From contig CAVHGD010000009.1 in NCBI GenBank assembly GCA_963635385.1, positions 1-46,241 on the forward strand: a stretch of DNA of 46,241 nt. Direction: 5' to 3'. Positions 8,790 through 16,713 of the stretch are shown in pieces. The position numbers and the translations under genes were made by a program. The stretch is from Dialister sp. CAG:486 (lineage in GTDB: Bacteria > Bacteroidota > Bacteroidia > Bacteroidales > Paludibacteraceae). The notes below the pieces were generated by a model. That model did no database searches. It saw only the letters and a list, made by a program, of their open reading frames with translations, and had not been told where the DNA came from. Each line of letters starts with the position of its first letter. The stretch's first letter is position 1.

Positions 8790-9746
8790 ATGGAAATGAC
8801 ATATTCCTTACGCGCAAAAGAGATTTTTGCAGAGGAGATAGATGAACTGAGCCGATTGGGCGCCTCGATAGACGAGAACTTCGACAAAGTGGTGGAGCTG
8901 ATATACGCCTGCAAAGGGAAATTAGTGGTGATGGGTATCGGAAAAACCGGAATTATCGGACACAAGATTGCCTCATCATTGGCCTCCACCGGAACATCCG
9001 CTATTTTTGTAAACGCCGTGGAGGCGGTGCATGGCGACCTCGGTATGGTGTGCCGAAACGACGTGGTGCTGCTCATCAGCAACAGCGGAGCCACCAACGA
9101 GATACTGAATGTAATCAATCCGCTACGCAATTTGGGCTGCCCGCTGATAGCCATGACCGGCAACCCCGAATCGAAACTTGCCAAAGCTTGCGACCTTGTA
9201 CTATCGGTGCATGTGGATAAAGAAGCATGCCCGCTTGGATTAGCTCCCACCACATCGACTACGGCGGCCACGCTGATGGGCGATGCGCTGATAGTATGCC
9301 TAATGGAGAAGCGCAAATTCAAAGCAGAGAACTTTGCGCTATACCACCCGGGCGGAGCGCTTGGCAGACGGCTATTAGGCCGTGTATATAACTGCATGCA
9401 AACGGCCGTGCCGAAGGTACAAGTCAGCACTTCGTTCCGTGACTTGGTGCGCGAGATGTCGGATAAGCACTTGGGCATGACCATGGTTTATGACGGAAAC
9501 ACCTGCATTGGTATCATAACCGACGGCGACCTACGCCGTGCCATTCAGAAATACGACGACCTGCACATCACCGCCAAAGATATTATGACCCCTTCGTACA
9601 AGCACATCCACAAAGATGCGCTGCTGACCGAGGCGTTGGCCATAATGGACAAATACAACATCACCACCCTTGCGGTGACCGAAAAGCCCGAATCGGAAGA
9701 GATTATCGGTATTCTCTCTATCCACCACATCATCGATTTTAACTAA
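8790..9746 (+). CDS. kdsD: Arabinose-5-phosphate isomerase (KpsF/GutQ family; SIS domain plus tandem CBS)
   Basis: 318 aa. It has an SIS domain (VVMGIGKTGIIGHKIASSLASTGTSA, ISNSGATNE) and C-terminal CBS pairs. It lies directly downstream of kdsA. Confidence 0.9.
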   Translation: MEMTYSLRAKEIFAEEIDELSRLGASIDENFDKVVELIYACKGKLVVMGIGKTGIIGHKIASSLASTGTSAIFVNAVEAVHGDLGMVCRNDVVLLISNSGATNEILNVINPLRNLGCPLIAMTGNPESKLAKACDLVLSVHVDKEACPLGLAPTTSTTAATLMGDALIVCLMEKRKFKAENFALYHPGGALGRRLLGRVYNCMQTAVPKVQVSTSFRDLVREMSDKHLGMTMVYDGNTCIGIITDGDLRRAIQKYDDLHITAKDIMTPSYKHIHKDALLTEALAIMDKYNITTLAVTEKPESEEIIGILSIHHIIDFN

Positions 9747-9757
9747 TTGGTTTGTAT

Positions 9758-11446
9758 ATGGAACCCACTATCACCATCTACTGCAAGAACACACAAACCT
9801 ACCACGAAGTGCCGCGCGGCATCTCGCTGGCAGAGCTGAGGGACATGCTGCACATTGAGCTGAAATACCCCATTGTGGCAGCGTTTGTAAACTACAAGGA
9901 GGAAAACATGGACTTCTTGCTCTACAAGCCCAAAGATGTGGAATTCTTAGATGCAAGCTCGGCCGGTGGTATGCGGTGCTATGTGCGGACTTTGAGTATG
10001 GTGTTGGCGTGCGCCATCAACGAACTCTATCCGCGTGCTGACCTACGCATAGAACATCCTATCTCAAAAGGCTATTATTGCACGCTGCAATGGCGCAAGG
10101 CAAAGGACAATCTGCAAGAAAAGCCCACGCTGACGCCCGAAATGGTGGAAGCTATCAAGCGGAGAATGATAACCATCATTGAAGAAGACCGCAAAATATA
10201 CGAGGAGGAGAAGCGCACCAAAGAGGTGATCAAGATGTTCAGCTCCCGCTCCGACGGCGAGACCACCATATTCGAGACCTTGGGCAACCCCTACTGCCGC
10301 TATTTCCGGATGGGCGACTACATCGACTACTACAGCAATGTGCTTATGCCCTCGTCCGGCTATGTGAAGGTATTCGACTTGGAGCCTTATTTTGACGGTA
10401 TGCTGCTGCGTATTCCGAACCGCAAGAACCCCGTCGAGCTGGAAGAGGCGATACCGCAAGGCAAGATGTTCGCCAGCTTCAGCGAATACGGCGGGTGGAA
10501 CAAGCTGCTGAATATCAATAATGTAAGCGACTTCAACACGGCCTGCAAAGGGAACCGTAGCTTTATGATGATAAAGCTGGCCGAGGCACTGCACGAGAAG
10601 AAGATTGCGCAGATAGCCGACGCCATCACCAACCGAGAAGAACGGCCGAAGTTTATTCTCATTTCGGGGCCGTCCTCTTCCGGCAAGACCACCTTCTCGA
10701 AGCGTCTGCAAGTGCAGCTGCTGGTGAACGGTATCAAGCCGCTCGTTATCTCGATGGACAACTATTTTGTCAACCGTGTGGATACACCGCGTGACGAGAA
10801 CGGCGATTGGGACTTTGAGAACATCAACGCCATCGACCTACCCTATTTCCGCCAACAGATGAGCGACCTGATGGACGGCAAGGAGATAGAGCTGCCTACC
10901 TACTCGTTCGAGCGGGGCGAGCGCATCTACGAGGGCAAGCGTATCAAATTGGAGAAGGACAATATCATTATTCTGGAGGGACTGCACGCGCTCAACCCCA
11001 CCCTGCTGCCGAACATTCCCCGCTCTGCTACCTTCAAGATATTCGTGTCGATACTGACCACTATCAATCTGGACAATCACAACTGGATACCGACTACCGA
11101 TATTCGCTTGATACGCCGAATAGTCCGCGATTATCGCTATCGAAACTATTCGGCGCGGGATACGATCGCCCGCTGTCCCTCGGTGCTGCGTGGCGAGCAG
11201 AAATGGATCTATCCCTATCAGGAAGAGGCGGATATGATGTTCAACTCGGCTCTGTTCTTTGAGCTGGCCGTACTGAAACGCCATGCGGAGCCTATCTTGG
11301 CGGAGGTGCCCAAATACTGCGATGAATATACGGAGGCACACCGTTTGATAAAATTCCTACAATACTTCGTTCCCATTCCGGAGCGGGAGATTCCGCCTAC
11401 CTCGCTGCTGCGTGAGTTCGTCGGCGGAAGCTCGTTCAACTACTAA
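9758..11446 (+). CDS. Uridine-kinase-family nucleoside kinase with an N-terminal TGS / ThrRS-like extension
   Basis: The ORF track starts at a TTG at 9752. I prefer the ATG at 9758. The P-loop ILISGPSSSGKTTFSKRL sits in the C-terminal half, and the long N-terminal domain resembles the ThrRS editing-adjacent fold. The family call is from memory of Bacteroides annotations. Confidence 0.75.
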   Translation: MEPTITIYCKNTQTYHEVPRGISLAELRDMLHIELKYPIVAAFVNYKEENMDFLLYKPKDVEFLDASSAGGMRCYVRTLSMVLACAINELYPRADLRIEHPISKGYYCTLQWRKAKDNLQEKPTLTPEMVEAIKRRMITIIEEDRKIYEEEKRTKEVIKMFSSRSDGETTIFETLGNPYCRYFRMGDYIDYYSNVLMPSSGYVKVFDLEPYFDGMLLRIPNRKNPVELEEAIPQGKMFASFSEYGGWNKLLNINNVSDFNTACKGNRSFMMIKLAEALHEKKIAQIADAITNREERPKFILISGPSSSGKTTFSKRLQVQLLVNGIKPLVISMDNYFVNRVDTPRDENGDWDFENINAIDLPYFRQQMSDLMDGKEIELPTYSFERGERIYEGKRIKLEKDNIIILEGLHALNPTLLPNIPRSATFKIFVSILTTINLDNHNWIPTTDIRLIRRIVRDYRYRNYSARDTIARCPSVLRGEQKWIYPYQEEADMMFNSALFFELAVLKRHAEPILAEVPKYCDEYTEAHRLIKFLQYFVPIPEREIPPTSLLREFVGGSSFNY

Positions 11447-11473
11447 GACACTCTAAAACAACTGCCATTCGCT

Positions 11474-11917
11474 ATGAAGCGTTTTTCTACCCTGCTGATA
11501 GTGGTACTGTCGGCGCTCGCAATGTACGCCGGCGACAGCCTGTCGGTTCGCCCCTATATTCTGGAGGATATGCCCAACGTACAAGTGCATCAGGACTCTC
11601 TCGTTGAGAAACTGCTGCACGACAAGATTTACGGCACATCGGACCTAATCGAGATAGACGGATACCGTGTGCAAATCTACTCTTCTAACCTGCAACAGAC
11701 AGCCAAGACCGAGGCGCTGCAACTCGAAAAGGAGATATCCGAGCAAGTGGCAGTGCCTGTGTATGTACTCTATCTGCCACCGTTCTGGAAGGTCCGTTTG
11801 GGCAACTTCCGCACCTTTGACGAGGCCAACAAATACAAATCACAGTTTATCGCGCAACATCCCACTATGCAAGGAGATACCTATATCGTGCGCGACAAAA
11901 TACAAGTAGCACAATGA
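11474..11917 (+). CDS. SPOR domain-containing protein with signal peptide
   Basis: 147 aa. It has an N-terminal signal-like segment and a SPOR-like C-terminus ([10 protein letters not shown]...[30 protein letters not shown]). Its ATGA overlaps folE. Confidence 0.75.
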   Translation: MKRFSTLLIVVLSALAMYAGDSLSVRPYILEDMPNVQVHQDSLVEKLLHDKIYGTSDLIEIDGYRVQIYSSNLQQTAKTEALQLEKEISEQVAVPVYVLYLPPFWKVRLGNFRTFDEANKYKSQFIAQHPTMQGDTYIVRDKIQVAQ

Positions 11918-12498
11918 ATCTGCAACCCTTCACCCCTAACGAGGACACCACCCACAAAATAGCCAACAACGTACAAGACGTACTGTCGCTGATAGGCGAG
12001 AACCCCTATCGGCAGGGATTAGTACGCACGCCGGAGCGTGTGGGCGAGGCCTTTCAGTTTCTCACCAAAGGCTATCAAGAAGACCCCGAAGCCATACTAC
12101 GCTCCGCTCTATTTGAAGAAGACTACCGCCAAATGGTTGTAGTGAAAGATATTGAGTTCTACTCGCTCTGCGAGCACCATCTGCTGCCGTTCTTCGGCAA
12201 AGCGCACGTGGCATATATTCCGAACGGTCGCATCACGGGGCTGAGCAAGATTGCCCGCGTGGTGGATGTCTATGCGCGTCGGCTGCAAGTACAAGAGCGA
12301 CTGACCACCGAGATAAAAGACTGCATTCAGAACACGCTCAATCCGTTGGGTGTGATGGTGGTGATAGAAGCAGAACATCTCTGTATGCAGATGCGGGGTG
12401 TGCAGAAGCCCCATAGCCTCACCACGACCTCTGACTTCACGGGCGCATTCACTCGTCAAGAGACCCGTGAGGAGTTTATGAATCTCATTCGGGGGTAG
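11914..12498 (+). CDS. folE: GTP cyclohydrolase I
   Basis: 194 aa. Motifs: [45 protein letters not shown]. Confidence 0.93.
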   Translation: MNLQPFTPNEDTTHKIANNVQDVLSLIGENPYRQGLVRTPERVGEAFQFLTKGYQEDPEAILRSALFEEDYRQMVVVKDIEFYSLCEHHLLPFFGKAHVAYIPNGRITGLSKIARVVDVYARRLQVQERLTTEIKDCIQNTLNPLGVMVVIEAEHLCMQMRGVQKPHSLTTTSDFTGAFTRQETREEFMNLIRG

Positions 12499-12577
12499 TT
12501 CTGTAACTTCCTTTATTTTTTATTAGGAACTATTTTTTCCCTTACTTCTTCGTTTGGGACTGATTTCCCTTACTTTG
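12499..12577. repeat. T/C-rich word repeats in the convergent folE/aat spacer
   Basis: TTTCCCTTACTT occurs twice (about 12537 and about 12564), with related words (TTCCTTTATTTTT, GTTTCCTTATTTTTT continuing into the aat 3' end). I found no convincing hairpin. Confidence 0.5.
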
Positions 12578-13249
12578 TTAGTCGGAGATAGTTTCCTTAT
12601 TTTTTACAATTTGGATACGGCGGAGGTATTCGTCGTAGCTCATGGTGCGCCCGCCCATGGCCTTGAGGTGGGGCGTCTCGAATTGGCAGTCTATCAGCCC
12701 GCCCCGCTGCTGCATGACCGATGCCAAATAGACCAACGCCACCTTCGATGCACTCGGAGCGAGCGAGAACATACTCTCGCCCATGAATCCGTTCCCGACG
12801 GTGACGCCATAGAGTCCGCCCACCAACGCATTTCCTTCCCATACCTCGACACTGGCGGCAAGCCCCATGCGGTGCAGCTCTCGGTAGGCGGGCAACATCC
12901 TCCCGCCGAGCCATGCATACGCCTCTTGGTCGCGCTGCTGTGCCGTGCTGCAGCCCGCTATCACTTGGTCGAAATCTGTATTCCACGACGCCCGATAGCG
13001 CCGGCTATGGAGCAGCTGACGCAGGCTGTGGCTGATATGTATCTCCTCGGGCAGAATGACAAAGCGGGTCATCGGGCAGTACCACTGTATCATCTCGGAG
13101 CGATAGGGATACCACGGAAAGATGCCCTGACTATAGGCGAGCCTCAGCCACTCCGGCGTCAGGTCGCCGCCCACCGCAAACAGTCCGTCCGGCTCGCCGT
13201 GGTGCGGGTCCGGAAACATAGGGGTCTCTTTGCGCAAATAGTATATCAT
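12578..13249 (-). CDS. aat: Leucyl/phenylalanyl-tRNA--protein transferase
   Basis: 223 aa. GIFPWY, QWYCPMTRFVILPEEIHISHSLRQ and the FMGESMFS block are typical of Aat. Confidence 0.9.
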   Translation of the reverse strand: MIYYLRKETPMFPDPHHGEPDGLFAVGGDLTPEWLRLAYSQGIFPWYPYRSEMIQWYCPMTRFVILPEEIHISHSLRQLLHSRRYRASWNTDFDQVIAGCSTAQQRDQEAYAWLGGRMLPAYRELHRMGLAASVEVWEGNALVGGLYGVTVGNGFMGESMFSLAPSASKVALVYLASVMQQRGGLIDCQFETPHLKAMGGRTMSYDEYLRRIQIVKNKETISD

Positions 13250-13270
13250 CGAATCGAACGAGGTGGTTTC

Positions 13271-13336
13271 GTGTCTTGTTTTCTGTCTTGTAGCGTATCG
13301 TGTCTTCTGTCTTGAATCGTGTCGTGTAGCGTATCG
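13271..13336. repeat. Imperfect tandem word repeat between clpA and aat
   Basis: GTGTCTTGTTTTCTGTCTTGTAGCGTATCG is followed by TGTCTTCTGTCTTGAATCGTGTCGTGTAGCGTATCG. The words GTCTTG and TAGCGTATCG recur. Confidence 0.6.
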
Positions 13337-13352
13337 AACGAGGCAGATTGTA

Positions 13353-15617
13353 TCACAGCGTCAAGTGGTCGCCTTGGCGGTCGACCTTTGCCACGCCGCC
13401 CTTGCGCAGTTTGCCAAACAGAATTTCCTTAATCAGCACCGACGTCAAGAGGCGATTGACAGTGCGGTCCATCTCGCGGGCTCCGTACTGCGCCGTAAAG
13501 CCTGTTTCGAGCAATAGCTCTCGCGCTGCATCCGACAAGACCAACTCCACTTGTTTGGTCGCCAACTTCTCCCGCAGCAGAGCCAACTTCTTGTCTAAGA
13601 CAAGGGCGGCCATCTCTCGGCTCATATCGTTGAAGACCACCGTGCCCGTCAGTCGGTTGATAAACTCCGGCTTGAAGGTCTTCTTGACGGTCTGCAGCAT
13701 GGCACCGCCTCGACTGACCACAGGGTCGAAGCCTATGGCGCTCGAGGCAAACTGTGCCCCCGCATTGCTCGTCATGATAAGGATGACATTGCGGAAATCG
13801 GCCTTATTGCCTTGGTTGTCGGTCAGCCGTGCATAGTCCATGACCTGCAACAGAAGGTTGTAGATGTCCTCGTGCGCCTTCTCAATCTCGTCGAGCAGCA
13901 GCACACAGTTGGGCGACTTGCGTATCGCCGCCGTCAGCAGACCGCCGTCCTCGTAGCCAACATAGCCTGCGGGAGAGCCGATTAGCTTGGCCACGGAGTG
14001 TTTCTCGACAAACTCACTCATATCGAAGCGCACCAACTCCACGCCCAACTCCTTGGCCAACACACGGCACAGCTCCGTCTTGCCCACTCCCGTTGGGCCG
14101 ACAAAGAGCAGGCTCGCCAACGGCTTGTCCGTGTCGTTGAGCCCCGATTTGGCCATATAGACCGCCTCCACGACCTGCTCGATGGCCTTCTCCTGCCCAA
14201 ATATCCGGGCCGACAAATGCTTGTGCAGCAAAGCGAGAGTGTCCGTGCCCTTATCGGCACTCGCCATCATATCATCCGACAGCTTGCCCACCTTCTTGAC
14301 GATGTCGGTTACCAACGCTTTTGTCACCACTTGCCGCTCGGTGGTGCCTCGGTGCATCTCGCAATAGGCTCCCGCCTCGTCCAAAATATCGATTGCCTTA
14401 TCGGGGAAGAAGCGGTCGGTCAAGTACTTGGCGCACAAATCCACCACATAAGGAATCAGCTCTTTGCGGTACTGCACGTGGTGGTACGCCTCGTAATGCG
14501 ACTTGAGGCCATTCAGGATACAGATGGTGTCCTCCTTGGAAGGCTCGGCGACATCGATCTTTTGGAAACGGCGCCCTATGCCCTGCGACTGCTTGAAATA
14601 CTTCTCGTACTCCTTATAGGTGGTCGCCCCGATAAAGCGTACATCGCCCGCTTCCAAATAGGACTTGAGCATATTGGCGCCATCGAGGTTGCTATCGCTC
14701 GTTGCGCCCGAGCCTATCAGCGTATGGATCTCATCGATATAGACAATGGCATTGCCCTGCTTCTGCACACCGTCCATGATTTTGACCAATCGCTCCTCGA
14801 AGTCGCCCCGATAGCGTGTGCCCGCCACCAAGGAGCCCATATCGACTTGGTATATCTTGGCCCCTTGCAAGCGGCTCGGCACCTGTCCGTCTTCGATACG
14901 CTGCGCCAAGCCATAGATTAACGACGTCTTCCCCACGCCCGGTTCGCCCACGTGCAGCGGGTTGTTCTTGTCCTTACGGCAGAGTATCTCCATGGTGCGC
15001 TCAAGCTCCTGCTCACGGCCTATCAGCGGGTTGTGCTGCGAGAGGCGGTCGTTGATACAGGTGACCAAGCTCTCCCATTTCTGCTCCCGCTCCGACTTAT
15101 CCCACTCGGCATCGTCCTCGTCGAACGGACCGAACATGTCGTCGTCCGTGGGGTCCTCATCCGAGGGGTCGGCATCCTCCTCGGCATAGACATCCAATAT
15201 CGAACGCATCAGGTTGCCCTCGTTGTTGGTGAATTTGGTGCGCAAGAGGTAGTTGGCAAAGGAGTCCTTGAGCTGCAGCATGGCATAGAGCACATGCGGC
15301 ACATCCACCTTATCTTTGCCCGCATCCTTGGCCTGTATCTCCGCCTGATAGAGCACCTGCAAGAACTGCTGCGAATAGCCCCATTGGTAGTCAGTCACAT
15401 CCTTGGGCACGAAATCGCCGAGATTGGCCAATATAGGGTCTTTGATATCGTCTATCAGTTGGACATGGTACTTGCTGCACAGCCATTGGAACTCGGTATT
15501 GGCATACGCGATTCCCAACAGCAGCACCTCCGGCGTAACATATTCCACACGCTTATCTACCGCCCATGCGCCCCCATATCCGATTGCCTCCTGCAACCGA
15601 TGTGTTTGTTCCATCAT
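13353..15617 (-). CDS. clpA: ATP-dependent Clp protease ATP-binding subunit ClpA
   Basis: 754 aa. It has two AAA+ modules (GEPGVGKTS and GPTGVGKTE Walker A motifs) and a Clp N-domain, and lies downstream of clpS. Confidence 0.93.
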   Translation of the reverse strand: MMEQTHRLQEAIGYGGAWAVDKRVEYVTPEVLLLGIAYANTEFQWLCSKYHVQLIDDIKDPILANLGDFVPKDVTDYQWGYSQQFLQVLYQAEIQAKDAGKDKVDVPHVLYAMLQLKDSFANYLLRTKFTNNEGNLMRSILDVYAEEDADPSDEDPTDDDMFGPFDEDDAEWDKSEREQKWESLVTCINDRLSQHNPLIGREQELERTMEILCRKDKNNPLHVGEPGVGKTSLIYGLAQRIEDGQVPSRLQGAKIYQVDMGSLVAGTRYRGDFEERLVKIMDGVQKQGNAIVYIDEIHTLIGSGATSDSNLDGANMLKSYLEAGDVRFIGATTYKEYEKYFKQSQGIGRRFQKIDVAEPSKEDTICILNGLKSHYEAYHHVQYRKELIPYVVDLCAKYLTDRFFPDKAIDILDEAGAYCEMHRGTTERQVVTKALVTDIVKKVGKLSDDMMASADKGTDTLALLHKHLSARIFGQEKAIEQVVEAVYMAKSGLNDTDKPLASLLFVGPTGVGKTELCRVLAKELGVELVRFDMSEFVEKHSVAKLIGSPAGYVGYEDGGLLTAAIRKSPNCVLLLDEIEKAHEDIYNLLLQVMDYARLTDNQGNKADFRNVILIMTSNAGAQFASSAIGFDPVVSRGGAMLQTVKKTFKPEFINRLTGTVVFNDMSREMAALVLDKKLALLREKLATKQVELVLSDAARELLLETGFTAQYGAREMDRTVNRLLTSVLIKEILFGKLRKGGVAKVDRQGDHLTL

Positions 15618-15665
15618 ATTCTTCGATTCGTATTTTGGTCGTTTTATATTCGTTGTTTGTTTTCT

Positions 15666-15968
15666 CTATGCCTCGCTGACGGACACCTGCAGGGGATAGC
15701 CCTCGTTGCGGGCCATCTCGGTGACCTTGCTCGCCTTGGTGATAGCGATGTCGTAGCTATAAGTGCCGACCACCGCCGCACCCTCGTGATGGACACGCAA
15801 CATCAGCTCCGTGGCCTTGTCCATCGGGTGGAGGAAGACGACGCGCAACACCTTGACCACGAAATCCATCGTGGTGATGTCGTCGTTGTGCAGCACGACA
15901 TGGTAGCGGCGGGGGACATGCACCCGACTTCGGGTCTTCAATGTACTTTGTGTATTTTCTTTTGCCAT
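15666..15968 (-). CDS. clpS: ATP-dependent Clp protease adaptor ClpS
   Basis: 100 aa. RRYHVVLHNDDITTMDFVVKVL...ATELMLRVHHEGAAVVG is the conserved ClpS core. Confidence 0.92.
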   Translation of the reverse strand: MAKENTQSTLKTRSRVHVPRRYHVVLHNDDITTMDFVVKVLRVVFLHPMDKATELMLRVHHEGAAVVGTYSYDIAITKASKVTEMARNEGYPLQVSVSEA

Positions 15969-16002
15969 AGTGAAATGGGGGGATGTGAGGTTTGTATTAT
16001 TA

Positions 16003-16053
16003 TGCTTTATTCTGCTTTGGGTCTGTATTTATTTTGCTTTATTCTGCTTTGGG
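16003..16053. repeat. Direct 19-bp repeat TGCTTTATTCTGCTTTGGG (x2) between the SprT-like gene and clpS
   Basis: Copies lie at 16003-16021 and 16035-16053. The second copy supplies the last codons (PKAE*) of the SprT-like gene on the minus strand. Confidence 0.7.
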
Positions 16054-16713
16054 GCGGATGACGGTACCTGTATTCTCTAATTCGAGGGCGCCTGTAAGGT
16101 AGTGGTAGAGCTTGTTGGCGGGGAGAGAAATAAACGCCGGCTCGACCCGTACGGGGAATCGCTCAAATATAGCCCGATTGCTCGCATACCACCGAACCGA
16201 TTGCACACCCGGCAGCTGCTTAGTGCACTCCCAATAGGCAAATAACTTGTTTCGAATCACCAACGCAACCGCACACGTTCCGTCCTCCTTCTCCAACACG
16301 CATATATAGCGCCACCCATTGCTCTCACGCATAATGGCGGACTCTTCATCGTCCGAGAAATAGACCGATATTCGGATTCCATACCGCTCGGTAATCTCTT
16401 TCATCTTCGCCAAGAAAACCCGTCCGTGCGGGGAGGTATCTTGGATATGGTTATACCCGATGTAGTAGTGAATCATCTCATGGACTATGGTATCGATATA
16501 CTCCTCCTCGGGCAAATCCATTCGATTGGAAATCTCTATGCGAAAGTGCTCGGAGACGGTGCCGTCCTGTTCTTGTTGGCGAAACGTGCAGGTACGGCCT
16601 AACGAGCTATACCGTGCGTTGATGGCTAATTCGGGGCGTGGTAATACCCCCTCAAAACAAAGCCGATTGTAGTAATCAAACTTCTCGATCACATAGTCTA
16701 ATGTCGCTCTCAT
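16039..16713 (-). CDS. SprT-like zinc metalloprotease domain protein (HExxH)
   Basis: 224 aa. The N-terminus FDYYNRLCFEGVLPRPELAINARYSSLGRT and VHEMIHYYI (HExxH) are typical of SprT-like/Wss1-like domains. The C-terminal ~100 aa is unassigned. Its ATGA start overlaps the stop of the upstream gene. Confidence 0.75.
   Translation of the reverse strand: MRATLDYVIEKFDYYNRLCFEGVLPRPELAINARYSSLGRTCTFRQQEQDGTVSEHFRIEISNRMDLPEEEYIDTIVHEMIHYYIGYNHIQDTSPHGRVFLAKMKEITERYGIRISVYFSDDEESAIMRESNGWRYICVLEKEDGTCAVALVIRNKLFAYWECTKQLPGVQSVRWYASNRAIFERFPVRVEPAFISLPANKLYHYLTGALELENTGTVIRPKAE

Noticed and set aside
12554-13315. 253-aa plus-strand ORF overlapping aat
   Set aside because: It is a shadow of the aat gene, which has clear family motifs on the minus strand.
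13998-16061. 307-aa and 369-aa plus-strand ORFs opposite clpA/clpS
   Set aside because: They are antisense shadows of clpA and clpS with L/R/H/Q-rich low-information sequence. clpA and clpS are unambiguous.
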